Source of the DNA: Bacteroidota bacterium
Lineage (GTDB): Bacteria > Bacteroidota > Bacteroidia > 2-12-FULL-35-15
NCBI GenBank assembly: GCA_040388455.1
Contig: JAZKBX010000038.1
Location: 80 to 64,079 of the forward strand
Direction of reading: 5' to 3'
Length of the DNA: 64,000 nucleotides
The translations under genes were made by a program, and so were the position numbers. Shown here piece after piece: positions 9,846 through 18,611 of the stretch. Under the pieces are notes generated by a model that saw nothing but the letters and a program-made list of their open reading frames with translations, did not search any database and was not told the DNA's origin. The number at the start of each line of letters is the position of its first letter. Position 1 is the first letter of the stretch.

Positions 9846-11767
9846 TATTTTTGAATTTCTTTAAGTCTCTGAGTGATATATTCCTGTTGTGCTTTAAGCC
9901 TTGTAAGTTCGACGTTTTCTCCCAATCTTTCAGCAAGCATTTCCAATAATTTTGTTTTAATTATAGGTTCGCCAATAATATTAATAAGTTGTCTTATGGA
10001 CTCAGGATTTCGGAGTGCTTTTTTATTTTGCAATATTGTTATTACATCATTTATTTTATTCTTAGCAAATTCTCCAATTAAAGCGTCAGTAAGATAAAAA
10101 GAATCGGCATACAGCTCATGGATGTTATTTCCAAATGTTTCTTTTTGCGTTTCGGAATTTGCAACTTCACAGCCTCCGTTCACATTCTTCTTTAAGAAAA
10201 TTAAATTTTGCTTCGGTAAATCAGAAGCAATAAAAGGAGAATGTGTTGAAATAATAATTTGCACTTTGTTCCTTGGAAAGAGAAATTTAACATACGTAAT
10301 CAAATTATTAAAATATTCTTTCTGCCATTGCGGATGAAAATACAAATCGCCTTCATCAACTAGAAGCCAAATTGTTTTATGATAAAGATCCTCCTTTACT
10401 TCATTCAATCGGGCAAAATGAGACAAAAAGGCTTCTTCTCCTGTACTTATCCCAGTACCCCATGAGTAATCAATAAAAGTAGAATACATAACATACTTTA
10501 AATCATGAATTAGATTCAGGACAGTCCATAAATTATTGTCTGCTTTCAAGCGATAATGTGTTTTGTCATCAGAAACCATTTCCGTATCGCTAAACTGTAT
10601 TTTTTGAACTGAGTCTGTAAATTTTTTACCCAGAAACTCATTTATTGTTTTTGCATTTTGGTTTGAGCCATCAGTAATTTTCAAAGGAGAAAGAAGTTCT
10701 CTAATATTACCGAATAGGGTTTTCGGATTCTTGAGTAAGTTATCTATACCTATTTTTACATCATCCATTGAAACCCTGCTTGGCTGAAATAAATCCCACC
10801 GTAAAGCATAATAAAAAGAACAAAGAACAACAATGTTTAAAAAATTATTTCTCTTATCGTTCGACTTAGAAATGAGCTGTACTGCTAATTCTTGTATCTT
10901 AACAATTGCTTCCTTTTTGTACAAAAATGAATTTTCATTAATTAAATATTCATAGTCTTCAAAATTAAACTGTACAATAAGTGATGTAGGTAAATCAGGT
11001 AACTTGCCAGTTTTTCTTGCATTTGCGTAGGAAATGAACTTTAAAAGAGTTCTTTGTTCTGATTTATGGTATTCAGCAATATGAGATGGATAAAGTACTA
11101 ATTTAGGTATCTCTTTTTTCTTCGTTTTTTTTGCTTCTTTTTCAATTTTTTCGATATATTTTTTAAAGAAGGTCTCAACACGATAGTTAGTTGAAACATT
11201 GTGAATTTTCGAATATATCTGTTCAGGATGGCTATCAAAAGCGTTTGAGAAAAAGCAACAAGCTATATCTTCAAATTCAAAATCTAAACCTTTAATTCCA
11301 CTTCCATTATTGAATTGCATTCTCGAAATTGAGTAGGGCTTTGGTTTAGTAATCTTAAATTTATCCCTAACCTCCTTGGTGGTATCTAACGATATTGATA
11401 AAGAACTCATTTCCTCAACACCGCCTTCTTTATAATAATAAGTTTTAATTGTTTTGGATTCTCGATCCAATAATGCAAATATTAAAGGACTGGTTAGAGT
11501 AGATAATTTACCGCACATCATTTTTAGACAATGCAAAAGGCTGGATTTTCCCGATCCGTTTTTTCCGATAACCCCAGTAACATTAATAATATTGCTATCG
11601 AATAGATTTACATAATTTGCATTGTAGTCTATTTTTATTTTATAAACTATCTCCTTGGTGCTTTTTTCTGATATTGGTGTAGTAGTAAAAACTAATTCAG
11701 GATTAAAGTTAAACCCCTGTTTTCGGATGTTTCTAAAATCTTCTATCCATAAATATAATAATTCCAT
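9845..11767 (-). CDS. ptuA: ABC/AAA_15-21-type ATPase, Septu PtuA-like
   Basis: 640 aa. Walker A GVIGKNGSGKSS, Walker B WLLVDEGDLYFHP and a STHSP motif. It lies directly upstream of the HNH partner. Confidence 0.7.
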   Translation of the reverse strand: MELLYLWIEDFRNIRKQGFNFNPELVFTTTPISEKSTKEIVYKIKIDYNANYVNLFDSNIINVTGVIGKNGSGKSSLLHCLKMMCGKLSTLTSPLIFALLDRESKTIKTYYYKEGGVEEMSSLSISLDTTKEVRDKFKITKPKPYSISRMQFNNGSGIKGLDFEFEDIACCFFSNAFDSHPEQIYSKIHNVSTNYRVETFFKKYIEKIEKEAKKTKKKEIPKLVLYPSHIAEYHKSEQRTLLKFISYANARKTGKLPDLPTSLIVQFNFEDYEYLINENSFLYKKEAIVKIQELAVQLISKSNDKRNNFLNIVVLCSFYYALRWDLFQPSRVSMDDVKIGIDNLLKNPKTLFGNIRELLSPLKITDGSNQNAKTINEFLGKKFTDSVQKIQFSDTEMVSDDKTHYRLKADNNLWTVLNLIHDLKYVMYSTFIDYSWGTGISTGEEAFLSHFARLNEVKEDLYHKTIWLLVDEGDLYFHPQWQKEYFNNLITYVKFLFPRNKVQIIISTHSPFIASDLPKQNLIFLKKNVNGGCEVANSETQKETFGNNIHELYADSFYLTDALIGEFAKNKINDVITILQNKKALRNPESIRQLINIIGEPIIKTKLLEMLAERLGENVELTRLKAQQEYITQRLKEIQK

Positions 11768-11802
11768 TTTTATACTTTTAGTGTGTTTATTTATCGTTAG
11801 TC

Positions 11803-12768
11803 TTATCCCTTTTCCGCTTGTTGAATCGATTTAATCATTTCAATTAAATCGTTTGATTCTTCTACAACCCAAAGATTATTCTTTATTAAATTCCTTATGA
11901 GAAGTCGTTGCGGTTCCGAAAATAAATCTGATTGTAATCCGGATAAATAATTTGCGTCCTCACGTTTTTTCCATAAGCTTTTATGTTCTGTTTTTTCAAT
12001 TTCACGAGGGATTCCGTTTGGAAGTAAAAGAACTATTTCCGGAATTTTTTCTTTTACAGCACGAAAAATATCAAGCCCATCATAATCCCAATCACAACAA
12101 TAATATATTGGCATTCCGCCATGATTCGAATATCTTAATTTTTCAATATTTCTTCCACCTGCATACCATAACTCAATGTCATTTTTTCTTGGTTTACCGG
12201 GCATTTTTAAAAAATGCAGGTTTTCACAAAGGACAATAGCTTTTGGAGCGTGGCATTGTAAAACATACAAGTATTGAAAATCCCTTTCATCAGTGAAGAT
12301 CTTTACATTCAAAATTTGCTTTACTGCTTTTTCTAACGCCTCGTGGTTGTCCAAATGCTTTTCATGTTTAAAAAACATTAGAGAAACTCCTCTTCGAGTT
12401 TCATTCGACTTAATAATTTGTTCCCGAATTTCACTAAGTAAACCTTCGTTCATTTGTGCTTGCATATCACGAAGTATCAAAATGTCTTCCATTTCGAATT
12501 TGCAGTATGGTGTATTCAATCCCTTTTCTTCTAAAAATGAAAAGCATATAGTAAATTGATCGAGATAATTTTTCTTGAAAGTATTTTCAAAATTCAAACT
12601 GTTCCCTGATCTCGATGGCGAAACAAGAATTTCTTTTTTAGTAACTAAAAGTTCCTTTGTCTGATTAATATGAAACTTAAATACTGGATCACCAACTAAT
12701 GTTGGCCGGAATTTTGTTTTTCCGTTTTTATAAATTTCATGTAGCGATTTGAAAGTTTGCCAATTCAT
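11803..12768 (-). CDS. jetD: Wadjet JetD (DUF2220/Toprim-like)
   Basis: 321 aa. Motifs VLCENLHFL, WYAGGRN and CDWDYDGLDIF (Toprim-like DUF2220 pattern). Last gene of the jetABCD order. Confidence 0.8.
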   Translation of the reverse strand: MNWQTFKSLHEIYKNGKTKFRPTLVGDPVFKFHINQTKELLVTKKEILVSPSRSGNSLNFENTFKKNYLDQFTICFSFLEEKGLNTPYCKFEMEDILILRDMQAQMNEGLLSEIREQIIKSNETRRGVSLMFFKHEKHLDNHEALEKAVKQILNVKIFTDERDFQYLYVLQCHAPKAIVLCENLHFLKMPGKPRKNDIELWYAGGRNIEKLRYSNHGGMPIYYCCDWDYDGLDIFRAVKEKIPEIVLLLPNGIPREIEKTEHKSLWKKREDANYLSGLQSDLFSEPQRLLIRNLIKNNLWVVEESNDLIEMIKSIQQAEKG

Positions 12769-15700
12769 TATTGTTCTTTGGCTTTTAAATATGTTTCCAA
12801 TTCGGTTTTATCAGTAATTGTTCTAAAATAACTCATCACATTAGGATAGTTAATATCGCGATTAATTTTACCCGGCAACAAATGATGTATATACCATCCT
12901 TCATCACCTCCAAGAGCATATGGTTTAGGAGTCATTGTTAAAATTTGATAACCATACTCTTTTGCTATAAGTGGAAAAATCCCAAAATTGGTATTATCTA
13001 AAGTGGCGGATTCTTCAAGAATAAGAAAACGTAATCCTTTTCTGTTCCCATCCTGTACTATCGATAATCGAGCGATTCCTAATAGCGCAATCGCTGTGTA
13101 ACTTTCTCCCGTACTACCCGGAATTTCTTTTCCGTTTTCATCTGTTAACTTACCAGCAAGCAAGAAGTATTTTTTCGGATTGAGTAATTCTTCAATAGAA
13201 ATCTTTGCTTTATTTTTAGAATACTGCGCATAAAAATCACCAATGAAACGTTCCGGAGTTAATTCCGACTCTATGCTCATTGATGTTGTGATACTATTTA
13301 CCGACCGCCTTAATTGCTCTATCCATTTAATATCCAACTTGTGATTTGGAGTGAAATCAATTTTAAAATAAAATCTATCACTTATCAATCTTCCCTTAAA
13401 GAAGTCATTAAGAGATTGAATCAAACTTTTATATCGATCATAATAATGTTCTGTTTTTCCGAAAACTTTTGTTAAACTTGTTAATAGTTCATCGGCAATT
13501 TTTAATAAATCACTATTTAATTCTTCCAGATGGTCGGTTACTTTATCTAAAGTTTTTATTTTTCTTCCTAATAATGCCTCTTCAAGTATCTCAAAGGAAA
13601 ATGTTTTATTAGTTATTTGTTCGTTTATCTGAATAGACCGCTCCTCTCTTGTTTCTTCATAGCGACCAACTATTTGATTGTATTCAATAATATATTGGGT
13701 GGCCGCATCCTGAAATGCTTTATTTAATACAGCTATATCAATAGAGCTAACTTGTGGACTATTTATATCTGGTAATTCAGTGTTTGGGTATTTTTCTTTT
13801 AATGAAAATTCAGATTTTTCAAATTGATTCTTTGATTCATGGACTTCAAGAACAAGTTTTCTCTGATTTTCTTCCAACTGAGGCAAAGTTTCGTTTATAC
13901 CATTTCCTTCTATCTTTTCCAAATTAAATTTCCCTTTAAGATTGAGCGAGCGTGCATTGAACAAATCCTTTTTGCTATTAGTTTGTTCTAATAATGAAAT
14001 AAAATCTAAGTCATCGGAAGAAATTCCATATTCTTTTTTAATTGTATTTACCTCCTCCAAACGCTTTTGGTATTCACTTTTAAGTAAAGCCATTTTTTGA
14101 GCTAACAATCCGGACAACTCAGATGCGGACTTATGCTCTTTAATTTTAGTATAATCAGATAAATCAATATCAAAAGGATATTCATTAAAATTCTCAGATA
14201 TATTTCCCTTTAAAAGATCTTCATATATGATCCTGCTATCAGCGCATTCTTTAATTTTTTTACCAATAGTTACTTTAAGCTGATTCAAATTACTTATCTG
14301 AATTTCTGATAAATCTGGTAGCAATGAAGATTTTTTTGGTATGAACTCATATACTTCTCCCAATTTTAACCACCATCCTCCATTAACTTTGTCCTCTGTG
14401 ATGTTATTTAAATTAAGTAAGTCCCCTGATTCAGTATATCTTGTTCCCTCATTGGACTCATTCGGTATTCCAAAAAACAAGCGTCTTAGATATAATAAAA
14501 CTATCTGTTGAGATTCGACAAGTGAAGCCTTACTTGATAATGCTTTAATAAAAAAGCTGTTTTCCGGAAGCTGATCAAGAGTTCCTTTAAAATGTTTCAG
14601 TTGATTTTCTTTTTCTTCGCACTCTTTAGTTCTTTGTTTAAGCCATTCATCCTGTTCCTTTTTCTTGTCGTCCATCTCCTTAATGCTCTTGTAACGCTTC
14701 AGAACAGGGGACGACTTTGATATTCTTTCTGAAAACACTTGTGCCTGACTCTTTAATAAATCAGAACCTTGGGAAGAATCAGGAGTACATATTAATCCTT
14801 GAACATTAATTTTATCTATAATATCTATTTCGTTTGTTATCGCATCTAAATTGTCAAATTTGTTTTTCCCTTTTACTAATTCACCATACGCATTTGCAGT
14901 GTCTTCAGATTTTTTAGCACTTTTATTAACGATCTCTGAAAACTTTGTATTTCTGGCCAATATAGTTTTTAATCTTTCGCTTTTGTTTTTAATATCGCGT
15001 TCATGTTTTTTAAAAGAGGTTTGTTTTTCAATCTGATCGTAATAATATACAATGTACTCATTGAACAACAATTGAAATTCTGTATCCTTTCTTTGCTTGT
15101 CATATCCTTGCAGAATTAGAAGGTTTTTCTGTTTATTACCTATATTAATAATATTCTCTTTAGTAGATTTGAATTGAAATAATAATTTTTGAACTGCTTG
15201 CTCTTGTTGTTTATATTCTTGTTCTATTTCATTTTCGTTTTCTTCAAATAAATATTCTATCAAACTATTTGAATTGTCAATATCTAAAGACTTAGATTTT
15301 GAAAAGGATTGAATCACCTTTGCAAATGCTTTTAAATTACCTTCCTTTACTAAATTGATTGATATTAATTCGTTCTTATATAGCCAAGCATAAAACGCTT
15401 CTCGTTCGTCTTTGGTACTAAAGTAATGTACATACAATTGAAACTTGTCTTGCATTGCATGAGCTAAGGCATCAAGTGTATATGGTTCTTTATTAGATTT
15501 AATAAAGTGTTTATTAAATAGCAGTTTATTTGAATCAAAAGCGCTTTGTTCAAGGTTGCTGTTATTATAATCCACTGATGCTGTAATAATAAATGGTTTA
15601 ATTGATGTAGCTCCTTGTCCTAATATAGCTGCGCCAACTATTATAAATTTCCCTTCTGAAACTTCAACATTAAAAAAAGAATAGCCAATCCCACTCTGAT

Positions 15701-15926
15701 AAGGCAATGTTTCAATTTTACGTTTCTTTTTATTAATTCCTTCAGTTGCAAATTTGATATGCTTACTATCAGCAATAAAAATGATCTGAAAAAGATCGGC
15801 AATAATTGATTTCCCTACTCCGTTTGAACCTGTAAAATCGGTTCGGAGAGGGTGCATAAGATAGTCCTGATTGTAGTGTTTTAACAGACAAACCGTAGAC
15901 AAAGAATATAGGCGAGGATAATTCAC
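12768..15926 (-). CDS. jetC: Wadjet JetC (SMC-like ATPase)
   Basis: 1052 aa. N-terminal Walker A GSNGVGKS, a long coiled-coil middle and C-terminal Walker B LRFLILEESATLD. Confidence 0.85.
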   Translation of the reverse strand: MNYPRLYSLSTVCLLKHYNQDYLMHPLRTDFTGSNGVGKSIIADLFQIIFIADSKHIKFATEGINKKKRKIETLPYQSGIGYSFFNVEVSEGKFIIVGAAILGQGATSIKPFIITASVDYNNSNLEQSAFDSNKLLFNKHFIKSNKEPYTLDALAHAMQDKFQLYVHYFSTKDEREAFYAWLYKNELISINLVKEGNLKAFAKVIQSFSKSKSLDIDNSNSLIEYLFEENENEIEQEYKQQEQAVQKLLFQFKSTKENIINIGNKQKNLLILQGYDKQRKDTEFQLLFNEYIVYYYDQIEKQTSFKKHERDIKNKSERLKTILARNTKFSEIVNKSAKKSEDTANAYGELVKGKNKFDNLDAITNEIDIIDKINVQGLICTPDSSQGSDLLKSQAQVFSERISKSSPVLKRYKSIKEMDDKKKEQDEWLKQRTKECEEKENQLKHFKGTLDQLPENSFFIKALSSKASLVESQQIVLLYLRRLFFGIPNESNEGTRYTESGDLLNLNNITEDKVNGGWWLKLGEVYEFIPKKSSLLPDLSEIQISNLNQLKVTIGKKIKECADSRIIYEDLLKGNISENFNEYPFDIDLSDYTKIKEHKSASELSGLLAQKMALLKSEYQKRLEEVNTIKKEYGISSDDLDFISLLEQTNSKKDLFNARSLNLKGKFNLEKIEGNGINETLPQLEENQRKLVLEVHESKNQFEKSEFSLKEKYPNTELPDINSPQVSSIDIAVLNKAFQDAATQYIIEYNQIVGRYEETREERSIQINEQITNKTFSFEILEEALLGRKIKTLDKVTDHLEELNSDLLKIADELLTSLTKVFGKTEHYYDRYKSLIQSLNDFFKGRLISDRFYFKIDFTPNHKLDIKWIEQLRRSVNSITTSMSIESELTPERFIGDFYAQYSKNKAKISIEELLNPKKYFLLAGKLTDENGKEIPGSTGESYTAIALLGIARLSIVQDGNRKGLRFLILEESATLDNTNFGIFPLIAKEYGYQILTMTPKPYALGGDEGWYIHHLLPGKINRDINYPNVMSYFRTITDKTELETYLKAKEQ

Positions 15927-16591
15927 TAATCGGTTAATTTAATTTCTTTTAAAAACTCATCTGTATTTTCTAATTCCTTTTGATAAATTTCTATAAAATG
16001 TAAGATGGACGGCAGAACAGTAAAATGGATGCTTTCCTCGGACTCTTCTTTCTCAATTAACCGGATACGATCAAAAAAATTAATCACCACCCGAAATTGT
16101 CTTTTAACATTGTCCCACTCTTTGTCAGAATACTCCGCTCTTGAAGCATTAAAGAATAAATTTTGATAAGCCTCCTTGTGCTCACCATGCTCTATTTCAT
16201 ATTGAATATCATCCCAATGAAATTTTTTATCAAAGCTGAAATAACTGGCATAATAAAGGTTTGCCAATATGAATCCGACTATGGTACTTTCAGCATCTAA
16301 TTCTTGAAATAAAGTTGAATTAGATAATTTACCCTTCCCTGTAATCGGGAATTCAAGATAAAAAAATGAAATTCCATCATAAGTTCTTTGCTGTAGCTCC
16401 AAGCTATATAACTTCCTATAATAATGAGCAAAAGGGTCACGATATAAATCTAAAATGCCAAATAATGTAACATCACTGGAGAGAATATGAACACCTCTCA
16501 ACAACTCAATGTTAAGTTCGGAAAAATGCTGCTGAACCTGCGTGTCTTTCAGGAATTCAAATTCGGCTTGTTCTGAAGTATTACTTTCCAT
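15926..16591 (-). CDS. jetB: Wadjet JetB (DUF4194-like kleisin partner)
   Basis: 221 aa, acidic. Size and position between jetA and jetC fit JetB. It overlaps the jetA 3' end by 43 nt. Confidence 0.7.
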   Translation of the reverse strand: MESNTSEQAEFEFLKDTQVQQHFSELNIELLRGVHILSSDVTLFGILDLYRDPFAHYYRKLYSLELQQRTYDGISFFYLEFPITGKGKLSNSTLFQELDAESTIVGFILANLYYASYFSFDKKFHWDDIQYEIEHGEHKEAYQNLFFNASRAEYSDKEWDNVKRQFRVVINFFDRIRLIEKEESEESIHFTVLPSILHFIEIYQKELENTDEFLKEIKLTD

Positions 16592-17958
16592 GTATGAATT
16601 GTATTATTTTTATCACTTTGTAGCTCTTCTTTAATATTTATTTGAGTAGTTTTTGAAATCGCCCTCATTAGCTCGTACCCAGTTTCAACAACAACCTCAA
16701 TGTTATTTTCGGTTTCCATAATCTCAAACAATCTGGAACTCAAATTAAGTGTACCCGATTCTGAAAGGTCTTTTTGCGCTTTTTCACAGAGTTCATATAT
16801 TAATTTTTGTTGAGCCAATTCTAATTCAAGTTTATTACGTTCTTCTTGTTCATACAACTGATCTGACTCTTGTTCAAACGGTTTTCCTCGTAGTAAAAAT
16901 CCTCGATCCCAATATCTAATTGGTCTGAATCTAAATTTTTGCTGAACTATGTCTTTTGCCGGAAAACCATTGGGAAGCTTTATTCCGTTTTTATCGGAGG
17001 AGCTGTTTTCTAACAAAAAGGATAATATTTTTTTTAGGTTTATTTTGTAATGTGACTGTGCTCTTAAAGATTCTTGAAGTTCTGTGATCTTATAACTGGC
17101 AAAAGTTAGCCGAGCATTAATAAGCGATAACTGTTTATCGACTTTATCAAAGAAAATAAAAACCTCTTCTTTAATATAGCGAGCAGATTCTCTTTCTTTT
17201 TCCAAGTTTGAGTAAGCGATTTGTTCGAAAGTAGTATTAGGATGTTTATAACTATCCGTTTTCTGTATGAAAGTTTCCACAATGGCTCTCAATGAATAAT
17301 AAACGTCTTCTTTTACTCTTAAAGCTTCGTTAATTTGCTTTGCCTTTTCTCCCAAAATGCGAAAATTAAAAGCGAATTTTTCAAGCATTTGAATAGCTGT
17401 TAAATCGTCTGCCTCTAATACTTGATTTAATTCTTTTATAGCTTGGTCAACAGCGATTTTCAATCCCTCTAAATGTCCAATAACAACTTGCCTCGCCGTA
17501 TTTTGAAAACCTAATTTATACCATCTTTGTAAAAGAGAAATATCATTTTCTGCATTCTCTGGTAATTGAAAATATGTTTCAAAGGTTTCTTTTAATGGGA
17601 ATTGTAAATAAGGATTCTTAATGCGGTGCACAATAATTTCAATAATACGTTCTGCATGAGGAGTTAAAACAAATTGATTAAAATTTCCTGGTATGCGTTC
17701 AATGAAAGCTCCCAATAATTTTTTAAACACACGCTCTACCTGAATTTGTGTACCTAAATTTAAAAAAGGGAGTTTTGAACTGTCAAGGATGGATTGCTTG
17801 ATTTCAGAATATTCAAAATTCTCGGTCGATTCGCTTTTACTTATGTATAAGTTATATATTACCAATAATTCAAGCTCATTAGGGAAAAGTTCCTTATACC
17901 CCAGAAACATTTTTTCCGGGCTAATTTTTGAGTTATAATATTGATTTAGCTCATCCAT
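16549..17958 (-). CDS. jetA: Wadjet JetA (DUF3375-like)
   Basis: 469 aa, helical. First gene of a four-gene set whose sizes and order match JetABCD. Confidence 0.7.
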   Translation of the reverse strand: MDELNQYYNSKISPEKMFLGYKELFPNELELLVIYNLYISKSESTENFEYSEIKQSILDSSKLPFLNLGTQIQVERVFKKLLGAFIERIPGNFNQFVLTPHAERIIEIIVHRIKNPYLQFPLKETFETYFQLPENAENDISLLQRWYKLGFQNTARQVVIGHLEGLKIAVDQAIKELNQVLEADDLTAIQMLEKFAFNFRILGEKAKQINEALRVKEDVYYSLRAIVETFIQKTDSYKHPNTTFEQIAYSNLEKERESARYIKEEVFIFFDKVDKQLSLINARLTFASYKITELQESLRAQSHYKINLKKILSFLLENSSSDKNGIKLPNGFPAKDIVQQKFRFRPIRYWDRGFLLRGKPFEQESDQLYEQEERNKLELELAQQKLIYELCEKAQKDLSESGTLNLSSRLFEIMETENNIEVVVETGYELMRAISKTTQINIKEELQSDKNNTIHTWKVILQNKPNLNS

Positions 17959-18019
17959 TAATTTGAATATATCTGAGGCATTAAATGTTTGATGCTATCG
18001 AATCAAAAAACATTAATAT

Positions 18020-18611
18020 CTATTTATTAAATCTTTCGTAAATTTTCTTTGTTAACCAATCTTTAACATCATTTTAAAGTCATTATTCTCCATAATCTTG
18101 TCAAATATTTCTTGGTTGCCATCCATTCGCTCTATTTAGTTTATTGATAAACATATCTTCAAAAGCATATTTGTAATTATCAAGCGGATTGTTCAAGGCT
18201 CGTTTTTTTTTAATCTTCATCCAAGAATAATTCTTCTTCTATTTGGTCAAAGAAAGTTTTTCGGCACTTTTAAAGTCTGTACCGAATTTGTCGTTTAATA
18301 AATTAATAATATTTGAAAGTATGTCTTTTTCGTCTTTATCTTTTTTTATCCCAGCTAATGTTTCAAATCGATTTTCAGTGATTAATATCGATTCTAACTA
18401 CCGATTTCAATCGATTAAAATCGATTGGAGCGATTGGGAACGATTTGTAATCGATTAAAAGTAGTAAAACCATTTCAAATTCGTAAAAAAAAGAACTCAA
18501 AGAGGGGAGCCATACATCTTTTCGTTAGATATTTCCGAAAGAAACTGGAAAGTATTATCGTTCGTGTTTTGTAATCCTTTTAATGATCTTGCGATTAGGT
18601 TTTATACTAGA
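18020..18611 (-). pseudogene. hsdR: Relic of the 3' end of a type I restriction enzyme R subunit (hsdR)
   Basis: The minus strand, read across frameshifts, gives ...KDILSNIINLLNDKFGTDFKSAEKL/FFDQIEEELFLDED*KK..ALNNPLDNYKYAFEDMFINKL..GNQEIFDKIMENNDFKMMLKDWLTKKIYERFNK*. This is the characteristic HsdR C-terminal tail. There are at least 4 stops or frameshifts. The upper boundary is approximate and abuts the gajB stop. Confidence 0.55.
18369..18456. repeat. Phased CGATT/TCGATT motif array
   Basis: CGATT starts at 18369, 18389, 18402, 18412, 18422, 18431, 18441 and 18452. The last six are spaced 9-11 bp apart, and several form ATCGAT palindromes. Confidence 0.7.

Noticed and set aside
7691-11767. 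Retron (type with PtuAB-like effectors) interpretation of the ATPase-HNH pair.
   Set aside because: No reverse transcriptase ORF and no obvious msr/msd-like structured region lie adjacent. The 35-nt upstream gap runs straight into jetD.
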